In this document: in pieces, positions 9,013 through 19,789 of the stretch
How positions within the stretch are numbered: position 1 is the stretch's first letter
Layout: every line of letters starts with the position of its first letter
NCBI GenBank assembly: GCA_038231275.1
Contig: JBBRLQ010000018.1
Coordinates: forward strand, 96,001 to 160,000
DNA length: 64,000 nt
Direction: 5' to 3'
From: Polyangiales bacterium
GTDB taxonomy: Bacteria > Myxococcota_A > Polyangia > Polyangiales > Polyangiaceae
Made by a program: the position numbers and the translations under genes
The notes under the pieces: model-generated
Database searches by the model: none
What the model was told of the DNA's origin: nothing
The model's input: only the letters and a program-made list of their open reading frames with translations

Positions 9013-10141
9013 CCGCGGCGGTCGGCAGCCGAACGACGTCGCGCACGAAGGTCGTCGCTTCGGCGTGGATCGCGTACGCGTGCGGCGCCGCGCCGATCGT
9101 ACCGTCGAGGACGAGGGAGACCTCGCCGCCGCGCGTCGCGTCGAGCTTGGTCACCTTTACCTGCCCGCTCCATCGCGCCCCGGGGACGACGAGTGTGGCG
9201 CTGCCGGGCACCGTGACCTCCAGGTGATCGATCGCCGGCGGCTTGTCGCCGGCGACCACGATCGCGAGCGAGAGGCGCGCGCGCTGGAGCGGCGTCGGCG
9301 CGAAGACGGTGGCGCCGACCTCGCGGGCTGCGCCGAGCGTGAGGTGATCGCCGGCGAAATCTTGCACCACGACGACACCTCGCGCGACATCCCCGCCGAG
9401 ATCGGTCTCGACGACCGGCGGATCCGCGGTCCCTTCGACGCCGTGCACCACGAGCTTCGCGCGTGTGGTCGCAGGAGTGCCGAGCGCGAATTTCGCCTCG
9501 GGCAGCGCGTTCTTCCACCGCGCCGCGTCGCGCATGCACGCCGCGTCGCCGCCGCACCGACCGGGATCGCGCAGCACCAGCGCCTCGCACGCCGCGCGAT
9601 CGCCCCTCGCGCCGCCCGCGCACACGCGCGGATCACGGCTGGCTGCGGCGAGGCAGCGCACGTCGCGGCCGCCCCCTGGGACCTCGAACGTCTCGAGCGG
9701 GCACGCGTCCGGCGCCCCCTCCTGCATCGCGACCGACGCCTCGCATTTGCTCCGTAGCCCTTGCGCGTCGATCGCTTTGCACGCGTCGCTCTTCTTCTCC
9801 TTCATCGCGAGGAGCACGCGGCACGCGTCGCGGAGGAACGTGTCGTAGCCGATGGCGTGGAGCGCGTCGCCGACGAGCGGATCGGTCTTCGCGTGCTCGG
9901 TCACGCACGCGTCGAGCGTCGTGAAGCGGTCGACCTCGGCCTTCACGTCGCCTGCCGGCGAAGGGGGATCCGCGGACGGACCGATCGCCGCGGCATCCAT
10001 CCCCAGCGCGCGCGCGAGGCTCGATGGGCTCGCAGGCTCGGTGCTCCTCTGCGGCGCGGGCGGATCCTTCTCACACGCCGTCACGCTCACGATCGCGACG
10101 GCGATCACGAGCATCGCGCGGCCCACGATCCTGCGCCCCAT
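8999..10141 (-). CDS. Hypothetical Cys-rich lipoprotein
   Basis: MGRRIV...VTAC signal/lipobox; many paired Cys; start moved to the ATG at 10141. Confidence 0.7.
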   Translation of the reverse strand: MGRRIVGRAMLVIAVAIVSVTACEKDPPAPQRSTEPASPSSLARALGMDAAAIGPSADPPSPAGDVKAEVDRFTTLDACVTEHAKTDPLVGDALHAIGYDTFLRDACRVLLAMKEKKSDACKAIDAQGLRSKCEASVAMQEGAPDACPLETFEVPGGGRDVRCLAAASRDPRVCAGGARGDRAACEALVLRDPGRCGGDAACMRDAARWKNALPEAKFALGTPATTRAKLVVHGVEGTADPPVVETDLGGDVARGVVVVQDFAGDHLTLGAAREVGATVFAPTPLQRARLSLAIVVAGDKPPAIDHLEVTVPGSATLVVPGARWSGQVKVTKLDATRGGEVSLVLDGTIGAAPHAYAIHAEATTFVRDVVRLPTAAVRRR

Positions 10142-10151
10142 CGCGCGACGC

Positions 10152-10691
10152 TCAACCACGCGTGTCGGTCTCGGGCGCGAGCTTGGCGAGGATGACGCTG
10201 TCGCGCAGGCCGAGGTGCGTCCTCCACGCCTTGCGCAAGAACCCTTCGCGCTCGAAGCCGCCGCGCTCGAACAAGCGAAGCGACGCGACGTTGTCCGGAT
10301 CGACATCCGCGCAGACTCGGTGCGCGCCCGTGACGAAGCCATGCGCCACCGCCGCCGCGAGCGCGTCCCTCGCGAAGCCACGCCCCCACGCCGCGCGCGC
10401 GAAGATGATCCCAACCTCGAGCACGCCCTCACGAACATGGAAGAGGCTCACGCGCCCGACCGCCTCGCTCTCCTCTCCTTGCGCCGCGTCGAGCACCGCC
10501 CAGCTGAGCCCGTGCTCGATCTCCCACGCGACCGCGGTCTTCGTCTCGTCGACACTTGCGTACGCAGGACGGGCCCAGTAGGTGCACACCTCGTCGTCGC
10601 CATACGCCGCGAAGAGCGCGGTCGCATCGGCGAGGGCGAGGGGCCGGAGGATCGTCCGGGCGCTGGCCCTTAAAAGAGGAAGGGGTCGCAT
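10152..10691 (-). CDS. GNAT N-acetyltransferase (RimJ/RimL family)
   Basis: LRPL...DA, WGRGFARDA, N.ASLRLFERGGFEREG motifs. Confidence 0.9.
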   Translation of the reverse strand: MRPLPLLRASARTILRPLALADATALFAAYGDDEVCTYWARPAYASVDETKTAVAWEIEHGLSWAVLDAAQGEESEAVGRVSLFHVREGVLEVGIIFARAAWGRGFARDALAAAVAHGFVTGAHRVCADVDPDNVASLRLFERGGFEREGFLRKAWRTHLGLRDSVILAKLAPETDTRG

Positions 10692-10698
10692 CTCTTTC

Positions 10699-10727
10699 TT
10701 GGCACCTGAACGGATTCGCAGTATACC
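10699..10727 (+). promoter_or_regulatory. recA sigma70-like promoter with a Myxococcus-type LexA (SOS) box in the spacer
   Basis: TTGGCA-N17-TATACC; the reverse complement of spacer 10705-10721, CTGCGAATCCGTTCAGG, matches CTRHAMRYBYGTTCAGS at 16/17. Confidence 0.75.
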
Positions 10728-10772
10728 GTTCCTCTAGCCCGTAAGCCTACCCGACAGCCGCAGGAGCCACCC

Positions 10773-11996
<1,224 letters not shown>

Positions 11997-11999
<3 letters not shown>

Positions 12000-12032
12000 G
12001 TGGAGCGAAGCGCAGCGGAGCGAAACTCCTGA
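11997..12032 (+). repeat. REP-like intergenic element, copy 1
   Basis: TGAGTGGAGCGAAGCGCAGCGGAGCGAAACTCCTGA, near-identical to 15670-15707. Confidence 0.8.
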
Positions 12033-12089
12033 CGGAAATCGGCCTCGGCCATGAAAGGCGCGCGCCGCGCTTCGTGGTAAACCGAATCC

Positions 12090-12572
12090 ATGAAGCTCTA
12101 CGTGATGCGTCACGGCCCCGCAGAGGACTTCTCCGCGTCGTGTCGTGACGCCGATCGCGCGCTCACGTCGTCGGGTCGCGATCGCGTGCGTGACGTGGCG
12201 CAGGCCCTCGCGAGCGAGGACGAGGCGCCGAACGTGATCTTCACGAGCCCGCTCGTGCGCGCACGGCAGACCGCGGAGATCGTGGCGACGGTGACGAAGC
12301 TCGAGTCGCGCGGCGGCACGGTGGAGGTCGCTACCGAGCTCGCGCCGGGGGGAGACGAGGTGAGCTTCGTCAACGCGCTCGTGCGTGATCAGAAGAAGCG
12401 CGCGATGCTCGTCGGGCACGAGCCGGATCTGTCCGCGCTCGTCCAGGCGCTCACGTCTCGCCGCGTGGAGATGCTGAAGGCGCTCGTCGTCGGCATCTCA
12501 GCGCGTGAGGACGGCATGCGCCTCCGCTTCGTCCTCGACCCCAAGTCGCTCACCTGGGAGCGCGCGCAGTAG
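12090..12572 (+). CDS. sixA: Phosphohistidine phosphatase SixA family
   Basis: [32 protein letters not shown]. Confidence 0.88.
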   Translation: MKLYVMRHGPAEDFSASCRDADRALTSSGRDRVRDVAQALASEDEAPNVIFTSPLVRARQTAEIVATVTKLESRGGTVEVATELAPGGDEVSFVNALVRDQKKRAMLVGHEPDLSALVQALTSRRVEMLKALVVGISAREDGMRLRFVLDPKSLTWERAQ

Positions 12573-12585
12573 CCGCCGAGCACCC

Positions 12586-15500
12586 GTGCGCCGCGCATCT
12601 CTCATCGCCGTCGCGTTCGCCGCCGCATGCGCGGGAAACGACGCCGCGCCGCCCGCGCTCGCGCCCGCGCTCGCGCCCGACGCCGCGCCGCGCGCCGTCG
12701 CGCGCTCGGTCGCAGACACCGCGCCGCGCCCCGTTCGCGCGCTCTCCGACACGACCGTGATCGTGGAGGCCGAAGACCTGCGCGTCGCGACGCGCTCGAC
12801 GGGAGACGTTGGGCACGCTGGCGACGCCGGCACGGGAGGATGGCAACCGCGCCCGTTCGGGACGAACTACTACGCGGCGACGCTTGCCGACTCGTTCCTC
12901 AGTCGCAAGGCGTACCTTGGCGCGCCCGAGCAGTGCGCGCCGAGCACGGCGTCGATCGAGGTGGAGGTTCCTTCCACAGGGCGCTACCTCGCGCTCGCGC
13001 GCTACGAGGCCGCGCCGCGCTTCGCCACCGAGTTTCGGCTCGTCGTCGAGCAAGGCGGCGCGACGAAGCTCGATCGTGTGTATGGCGCACGCAAAAATAC
13101 GAAAATCTGGCCGTTTCATCAGGGGCTCGGCGACGAACGAATCCCGCCGTGGGGGAGCTCGGAGAGCATCGTGTGGGAAGGCCACGACGCCGCCGTCGAG
13201 CTCGTGGCTGGCACGGCGAAGCTCACGCTCGTCGCGGGTCCGCAGCCGACCCCCGCCGCGCGCCGCAACGTCGACGTGCTCATGCTGACGCGCGACGAGG
13301 CCGACGTGAAGCGTCGCATCGAGAAGGAGGGGTACCTTCCGCTCGACGGGCTCCTCACGCAGGCCGGCGACGTGCTCGTCGACGTCGCGAACCGCGGCGC
13401 GTCACCCATCACCGTCACGATCCCGTCGGGCATCGAGCACTCTCCCTATTGGGTCCACCTCCGCGAGTGGAAGCCGAAGAAGCTCGTCGTCGCGCCGGGC
13501 GCGTCGTCGGGATGGGTGGAGGTCGGGAGCCTGCTCGACGCGCTCTACGACGGCGATTGGAAAATCACCGCGGCCGGGACTGCGCCGCTCCTCTACGATC
13601 TCGACGTCGCGATCCCGGGCGCGCGCGGGGCCGCGGAGCGCATCGGCCACTTCGCCGATCGCACCGGCAACACGACGCTGGCCTACGCCGCCGACACGCG
13701 AGTATCGCGAAAAATCGCGCTCGCCGACGACGCGCTTTACGCGCTGACCGAGCACCTCCGCGCGCGCCCCGTTCGAGGCACGCCCCCGCGGCGCACGCCG
13801 ATCTTCGGGATGACGTTCGACCAGCACCCCGACGATCCGCGGTACGACGCCGCCGAGACCGAGTTCATTCGGCTCATGGGCGCGCCTCAGCTCCAGCGCG
13901 GAGGCGGACACGGCGTCGGCCTCGTCGACTGGCGCTACGTCCCCACCGACAAGCTGGAGGCCCAGTGCACCAAAGCCAAAGCCGAGGGCGACCCCGGCGC
14001 GATCCGCGTCGTCAGCCTCGGGGACGAGATCTCCCTCGCCGCGCCCAAGGCCGACGATCACGCAGCGTTTCGAGCGTGGCTTCGGACGCGCGTCGATCCG
14101 TCGTTCCTCGATCCGGCGATCGGACATCGCTTCGACGCGCTCGCCTTCTCGCCGGGCGCCGAGACCGCCCGCACGCACCCGGGGCTCTACTACTGGTCGA
14201 AGCTCTACGCGTACCGCTTCGGCATCCGCGTCCTCAAGGAGCGGACGGACATCCTCCACAAATGCCTCCCCACGGCGGCGATCGGTGCGAATTTCTCGCC
14301 CCACATCCGCCCGATGTACATCGGCGCGACGAACCAGTTCGTCTCCCTCTTTCGCGAGGGAGGGATGATCACTCCGTGGGGCGAGGACTACGTGTTCCAA
14401 GTCCCGGTCGTGAGCCCGCAGGTGACCGGGCTCCTCGTCGACACGTTCCGCGCCGCCGTTCGCGGGCGCGCCGACCGACGAATCCTCATGTACGTCATGC
14501 CGCACTCGCCAGGGAACACGCCGAGCGCGTGGCGTCGCCAGCTCTACTCGGACATCGCGCATGGGACGAAGCTCTTCAGCCTCTTCGAGTTTCGACCCGT
14601 GCAGGCGGCGTACACGGAGAACCACGTCGACGCGCCAGAGATGTACGACGCGATCCGCGAGGCTCTGCACGAAGTCGGGACCTTCGACGATCTGCTTCAG
14701 GAGACCGAGGTCCGCGCGGGGGTCGCAGCGATCTTCCGAAGCGAGGCCGCGGACGTGTGGGACGATCACCATCCCCCCTTCGACGCGGCGCTGCGAGCGC
14801 TCTACGTCGCGCTTCGGCAGGATCAAGTGCCGCTCGACGTTGTCCTCGAGGGAGACCCGCTCGACGCCTACAAGGCGCTCTACCTCACCGATCGGCACGT
14901 GACGCTCGCAGCGTCGCGCGCCATCGCCGCGTGGGTGCGTTCCGGAGGACAGCTCGTCGCGACCGCCGGCGCGGGGATGGTCGACCAATTCGAGCGCCCC
15001 AACCACGTCCTCCGCGAGCTACTCGGCGTCGACGAGAAGACGCTCGATCTCGATCCCGAGCCGGTCCGCTTCGAAAAACAGGATCTGCCGTTCGCGCGCG
15101 CGATGGACAACGTCCACGTCGCCAGTGGCGCGTCCGTCCCCGTCTTCTCCGCGCAGAGCCGCTTCGCCGCGGACCCAGCGATTGTGACGGCCCGCTACGA
15201 CGACGGATCACCCGCCGCGACGACACGCACTGTAGGCCGCGGCGTCGCGCGCTACCTCGGGCTCCTGCCGGGGCTCTCCTACTTCCGCCCCGGGCTCCCG
15301 CAGCGTCCGATGGATCGTGTCTCCGACGACGATGCGGCGTGTCACCTAATGCCAACGGCGTTCGACGCCGCGGCCGCGGACATGATCCGCGTCGCGGGCC
15401 TCAAGAAGCCGGTCGTCGTCACGGCGCCGTTCGTGGAGAGCATGGTCCTCACCTCGCCGCGCGGCGCGCTCGTTCCGCTCGTCAACTGGACGGCCCACCC

Positions 15501-15672
15501 GATCCACGCACTCACCGTGACGCTCGCCGACGTCCGCTGCGCCTCGTGTCCCGGTGGCGCTTGGCGCGAAGTCTCGCTCGCGAGCGGCAAGCCGGTTCGT
15601 GTTCGGACGACGCCGGACGGCACGGTCCTCGAGCTCGATCTCGACGTCGCCGATGCGGTGCTCTTGCGCTGA
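12586..15672 (+). CDS. Large putative glycoside hydrolase lipoprotein with a beta-galactosidase trimerisation-like domain (GH42-like)
   Basis: GTG start with AAAC lipobox; SLGDE segment; LDAYKALYL...AIAAWVRSGGQLVATAGAG..D GATase-like trimerisation pattern. Confidence 0.65.
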   Translation: MRRASLIAVAFAAACAGNDAAPPALAPALAPDAAPRAVARSVADTAPRPVRALSDTTVIVEAEDLRVATRSTGDVGHAGDAGTGGWQPRPFGTNYYAATLADSFLSRKAYLGAPEQCAPSTASIEVEVPSTGRYLALARYEAAPRFATEFRLVVEQGGATKLDRVYGARKNTKIWPFHQGLGDERIPPWGSSESIVWEGHDAAVELVAGTAKLTLVAGPQPTPAARRNVDVLMLTRDEADVKRRIEKEGYLPLDGLLTQAGDVLVDVANRGASPITVTIPSGIEHSPYWVHLREWKPKKLVVAPGASSGWVEVGSLLDALYDGDWKITAAGTAPLLYDLDVAIPGARGAAERIGHFADRTGNTTLAYAADTRVSRKIALADDALYALTEHLRARPVRGTPPRRTPIFGMTFDQHPDDPRYDAAETEFIRLMGAPQLQRGGGHGVGLVDWRYVPTDKLEAQCTKAKAEGDPGAIRVVSLGDEISLAAPKADDHAAFRAWLRTRVDPSFLDPAIGHRFDALAFSPGAETARTHPGLYYWSKLYAYRFGIRVLKERTDILHKCLPTAAIGANFSPHIRPMYIGATNQFVSLFREGGMITPWGEDYVFQVPVVSPQVTGLLVDTFRAAVRGRADRRILMYVMPHSPGNTPSAWRRQLYSDIAHGTKLFSLFEFRPVQAAYTENHVDAPEMYDAIREALHEVGTFDDLLQETEVRAGVAAIFRSEAADVWDDHHPPFDAALRALYVALRQDQVPLDVVLEGDPLDAYKALYLTDRHVTLAASRAIAAWVRSGGQLVATAGAGMVDQFERPNHVLRELLGVDEKTLDLDPEPVRFEKQDLPFARAMDNVHVASGASVPVFSAQSRFAADPAIVTARYDDGSPAATTRTVGRGVARYLGLLPGLSYFRPGLPQRPMDRVSDDDAACHLMPTAFDAAAADMIRVAGLKKPVVVTAPFVESMVLTSPRGALVPLVNWTAHPIHALTVTLADVRCASCPGGAWREVSLASGKPVRVRTTPDGTVLELDLDVADAVLLR

Positions 15673-15707
15673 GTGTAGCGAAGCGCAGCGGAGCGAAACG
15701 CTCCTGA
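15670..15707 (+). repeat. REP-like intergenic element, copy 2
   Basis: TGAGTGTAGCGAAGCGCAGCGGAGCGAAACGCTCCTGA. Confidence 0.8.
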
Positions 15708-15875
15708 AGCGCCAGGGAATATTTCACAAGACGCCGGCGCCGAATACCTACACCAAACGGGGCCAGTGGGGGCGGCGGGCCTCACGTGCAACCGGCGGAA
15801 CTAACGCATGAAAGTGCCTCGCCTTGACAGCCCCGGACCCGTCCCATACCTCCCCAGAAAGGAGACGATTTCGCG

Positions 15876-16733
15876 ATGGGAGGCCGCCGTTGGACCGACC
15901 TGGTTCGCACCCGCTGGGCAGCTCCACGCCTCGCGCGCGCCTCCTCGGCCAACGCCCTTGCGGCACGCCCGATGGGGGCGGCGGCGATCCGAATTCCCGA
16001 GCGCGTGAACGCGCAGCTCGCCCTGGTCGTGCCGTCGTCGCACCCGCGCATCTTCGTTCACGAGGGGGCGCGTCAAGCGCTGGAGCGGCGGTTCGCGAGC
16101 GCGGTGCCGGTCCCGGTGCTCCTCTCCATCACCGACAATCGCCACGCGATCATCTCGCACTCGCGCGCGAACGGCATCTTGCGCGTGCGGCTCCACCACA
16201 TGTTCCTCGACGCGCCGGCGTCGGTGAAGGCGGCGCTCGTGCGGTACGTCGTTCGCGGCGAGCGCGCGGCGAGTGCCTTCGTGGGGCAGTACATCGAGGC
16301 GAACGGCGCGCGCTTGGCCCGCCGCTCGCGCGCTGTGCCGCTCGTGACGAAGGGCGCACGACACGATTTGCTCTCGATCTTCCAGGACCTCAACGAGCGC
16401 TACTTCGACGGCGAGGTGAACGCGCTCGTCACCTGGGGGCGCGCCGGGACGCGCCGTGGCATGCGCCGCTCGACGATCAAGCTCGGCAGCTACAGCGCGC
16501 TCGATCGCCTCATCCGCATCCACCCGGCGCTCGATCGCCGATGGGTACCGCGCTACTTCGTGGCGTACGTGATCTTTCACGAGATCCTCCACGCCGTGAT
16601 TCCCCACGGCCGCGGCGCGGGGCGTCGCTCGCTCCATCCCCCCGAGTTCCTCGCGCGCGAGACGGAGTTCCGGCACTGCGAGCGGGCGCTGGCGTGGGAG
16701 AAGCGCCACCTCGCGCGCCTCCTGCGCGCCTGA
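15876..16733 (+). CDS. SprT-like / YgjP-type zinc metallopeptidase
   Basis: FQDLNERYF, KLGSY, IRIHPALD, VIFHEILH (HExxH), H..EF; TTGACA at 15824 and AAAGGAG at 15858. Confidence 0.85.
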   Translation: MGGRRWTDLVRTRWAAPRLARASSANALAARPMGAAAIRIPERVNAQLALVVPSSHPRIFVHEGARQALERRFASAVPVPVLLSITDNRHAIISHSRANGILRVRLHHMFLDAPASVKAALVRYVVRGERAASAFVGQYIEANGARLARRSRAVPLVTKGARHDLLSIFQDLNERYFDGEVNALVTWGRAGTRRGMRRSTIKLGSYSALDRLIRIHPALDRRWVPRYFVAYVIFHEILHAVIPHGRGAGRRSLHPPEFLARETEFRHCERALAWEKRHLARLLRA

Positions 16734-16751
16734 ACCTGCTAGAACGGGCCC

Positions 16752-17183
16752 GTGATGGCCGCCCGGATGATCTCGCACGCCTCGCGTGTTCTCGCCGCGA
16801 TGATGCTCGCGCTCCCCGTGGTGCTCGTCCCGGCGGCGTGCACGTCGGGCACGACCGACTGCAGCTGCTTCGCCCCGGGCGCGCACGTGCACGTCGCGCC
16901 GGAGAGCGCGGCGGCGGTCACTTCGATCACGCTGCGCGGTCCGGCCTGCGACGGCGTCGCGACGACGTGCGTTCAAGCGGCGGCGACGGGGTGCGAGACG
17001 TACTCGATCGTGCCGAAAGCGGCGGGGAGCTGCAGCGTATCGGTCGTTTTCGTCGACGGCACGTTCACCGCGAGCGTCACGTTCGAGCAGACGAGCGGCT
17101 GCTGCGCGGGCCTCTACGCCAGCCCGTCCAGCGCCGGTGAGATCGACGCCGTTCGTTCGCCCGCCGACGGCGGTGCCGGATGA
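16752..17183 (+). CDS. Small Cys-rich hypothetical lipoprotein
   Basis: Hydrophobic signal ending PAAC; about 8 further Cys; ATGA overlap with the next gene. Confidence 0.65.
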   Translation: MMAARMISHASRVLAAMMLALPVVLVPAACTSGTTDCSCFAPGAHVHVAPESAAAVTSITLRGPACDGVATTCVQAAATGCETYSIVPKAAGSCSVSVVFVDGTFTASVTFEQTSGCCAGLYASPSSAGEIDAVRSPADGGAG

Positions 17184-19789
17184 CGCGCGCGCCCCTCGTC
17201 GTCCTCGGGCTCGGCCTCGCGCTCGCGCCGGCGTGCGGCGGCAAGAAGAACGCAAGAGACCCCATCGGCGTCACCGAGAAGAACCCGCCGGATGGGGGAG
17301 CGGCCGCGGCGCGAAAGATGGATGGGACCCGCCCGCCCGCGTCGTCGTTCATCGCCACCGTCGGCGACAAGAGCATCGGCCCTTTCGCGACGCGCCGTGA
17401 CGGCGTCGGCATGGCGGTGTACGTCGGACCGGCGGACACGGGCGCGCGGCGGGTCGTCAGCGTTCCGCTCGCCGAGGACGGCGAGACCCGCGGCGACGCG
17501 CACGTGGTCGCGCCCGTGAGCGCCGACGTGACCGCCCTCGCGGTGAAGCCCACGCATGGCACGGGCGCAGGCTTCTTGGCCGCGTGGACGTCGCTCACCG
17601 AGCGCGGCGAAGCGTTGACGATCGTCGGCATCGACGACGCGGGAGCGCCGCGCGGCGCCGCGACTGAGCTAGCACGCACGCCGGACGACATCGTGTGGTT
17701 CGACATCCTGCCGTGCGCGAAGGGAGCGGTCGTGGTGTGGGCGGAGGAGACGCGCGGCGGAGACGCGAACGTCCTGTCGGTCGGCATCGAACCGGACGGG
17801 CGCATGCGCGGCGTGCCCGTCCGCATCGCGCGCGGCGTCCTCGGGTGGCAAGTCGCGGCGGCCGGCGACGCGCTGGGCCTCGCGGTCGTGATGACGACCG
17901 GCGAGCCTCAAAAAAAAGGGTCCGCGCGCGCGGGCAGCCTCTCGTGGCTCAGGCTCGACGCCGACGGCAGACCGGCGGGCGCGCCGATCGTCGTGACGCC
18001 CAAGCCGATCGTCAGCGGTGACGTCGACGTCGCGCGGGTCGGCGCGCGCTTCATCTTCGCGTGGACCGATCGCACGGGCAGCGAGTCCGAGGTCACCCTC
18101 GCGAGCGTAGGTGACGACGGCGCCGTTCAGCCGCCGCACCGCGCGCTCAGCGCCGCGGGAGGCTCCGCGCTGGTGGGGCTGACCGCAGGCCCAGCCGGCG
18201 GCCTACTCGCGTGGGACGCGCCGAACCGCCGCGGCCGCCCGACGCGACGCGTGTATCTTGCACACATCGATCCCCTCGGCGAGCTCGACGGGCGCGCGGC
18301 CGCGGTGGATCTCGCGGGACGCGCGGCCCCCGAGGTCGCGGCGACGCAGACCGGCTTCGCGATCAGCGGCGCGGTGCGCTCGGCCGCAGGTGCCGCGCTC
18401 CCCACGTTCGTCCGCTTCGACGCGAACCTCACGGCGGTGCAGACCGAGCCGCTCGTCTTTGGTCCCGCCGACGAGCGAGATCCCGCGCAGCTCGCCTGGG
18501 GCCTCGCGTGCACGGGCGATCGCTGCACGATCCTCACTGCCTCCGGCGATCCGGCAAAGGTCCGCGCCGTCGACCTCGTCGCGCGCACCACGTCGTTTGC
18601 GGCCCCTGTCGCGCCGTCGGTTCCGCCCGACGCGCCACGCCTGGGCGTCGTGACCACACTCGCGCAAGGCGAGCCCTACGCCGACGTCGCGGTCGCGAAG
18701 GTCGGCGACGGCACCGTCGTCGCCCTGCTGACGACCGCCCTCGACGATGCCGCGCAGCGAAAGAACGGTGCCCCGTCCGCGGGCGCGACGCTCACGACGC
18801 GTCAGCTCGACGCCAAAGGCCTCCCTGTCGGCCCGCCGTCCACCATCACGACGCGCGCGCTCACGATCGGCGGCGTGTCCATCGCGGCCGGAGGCGCCCC
18901 CGAGGACGGCGCAGCGATCGCATGGGTCGCGCGAGAAGGCGGCGATCCTCAGGTCCACGTCACGCGCGTCGACAAGCGCGGCAAGCGACAGAACGACATC
19001 CAGCTCACGACCACCAAAGGCGACGCGGCCGACGTCGCGATCGCATGGGCGGGCGGCGGCTGGCTCGTCGCGTGGGTGGATTGGCGCGGCGGCAACGGCG
19101 AGGTTTTCGCCACGAAGGTCGGCCCCGATCTGTCGCGCATCGCCCGCGAAGAGCGCATCACCGACGCTCCCGGCGACGCCAGCGACGTGAGCCTCCTCGC
19201 GCGCGGCGACGCGGCGTGGCTGGCGTGGTCCGACCCACGCGAGAGCCCCGCCGACGGCTTCGCGGACATCTTCGTCACGCAGATCGGCGCGAAGGATGCC
19301 AAGCGCCTCGGCGAGGAGCAGCGAGTCCTCGCGAGCGCCGCGCACTCGCGCTCACCGGTCCTCGCGGGGACCACCGACGGCGTCGCGATCGGTTGGATCG
19401 AGGAGGCGCCTTCCGGAGCCGACGCCCAGAGCTCGGTCGCCCACGGCGCGATGATCGCGCGCCTCGACGAACGTGGAAAACCGCGCGGCGGTCTCTTCAA
19501 GGTGCGCGCCGCCGGAGACGGCTTCCCCACGGCCCTCACGCTCGAAGGTACGGGCACCGGCCTCCGTGGCGTCCTCGCGCGCGGCGATCGTGAGCAGCTC
19601 GAGCTCGACGCGGTCGAGTTCGTCGCGAACGACGCCGGCCCCCGCGCGTTCCCGCTCGTCACACTCGACGGCCCGCCCTCCCTCGACGTGTCGCTCGTCC
19701 TCTTCGACGGCGCCCTCTACTACTACGACGACGGGCCCGAGCCCGGCGACCGACGCGCCCGTCGCGCGGGCATCCTCTGGAAGAAGTGA
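17180..19789 (+). CDS. Large lipoprotein with repeated beta-propeller-like blades
   Basis: LAPAC lipobox; recurring xxAW...DxxG blade motifs (FLAAWT, VVVWAE, FIFAWTD, LLAWD, AIAWV, LVAWVD, WLAWSD). Confidence 0.8.
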   Translation: MTRAPLVVLGLGLALAPACGGKKNARDPIGVTEKNPPDGGAAAARKMDGTRPPASSFIATVGDKSIGPFATRRDGVGMAVYVGPADTGARRVVSVPLAEDGETRGDAHVVAPVSADVTALAVKPTHGTGAGFLAAWTSLTERGEALTIVGIDDAGAPRGAATELARTPDDIVWFDILPCAKGAVVVWAEETRGGDANVLSVGIEPDGRMRGVPVRIARGVLGWQVAAAGDALGLAVVMTTGEPQKKGSARAGSLSWLRLDADGRPAGAPIVVTPKPIVSGDVDVARVGARFIFAWTDRTGSESEVTLASVGDDGAVQPPHRALSAAGGSALVGLTAGPAGGLLAWDAPNRRGRPTRRVYLAHIDPLGELDGRAAAVDLAGRAAPEVAATQTGFAISGAVRSAAGAALPTFVRFDANLTAVQTEPLVFGPADERDPAQLAWGLACTGDRCTILTASGDPAKVRAVDLVARTTSFAAPVAPSVPPDAPRLGVVTTLAQGEPYADVAVAKVGDGTVVALLTTALDDAAQRKNGAPSAGATLTTRQLDAKGLPVGPPSTITTRALTIGGVSIAAGGAPEDGAAIAWVAREGGDPQVHVTRVDKRGKRQNDIQLTTTKGDAADVAIAWAGGGWLVAWVDWRGGNGEVFATKVGPDLSRIAREERITDAPGDASDVSLLARGDAAWLAWSDPRESPADGFADIFVTQIGAKDAKRLGEEQRVLASAAHSRSPVLAGTTDGVAIGWIEEAPSGADAQSSVAHGAMIARLDERGKPRGGLFKVRAAGDGFPTALTLEGTGTGLRGVLARGDREQLELDAVEFVANDAGPRAFPLVTLDGPPSLDVSLVLFDGALYYYDDGPEPGDRRARRAGILWKK

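Noticed and set aside
15708..15875. Long intergenic region as a possible ncRNA or riboswitch
   Set aside because: No recognisable RNA family structure; a TTGACA and an RBS explain part of it. An Rfam search would be needed
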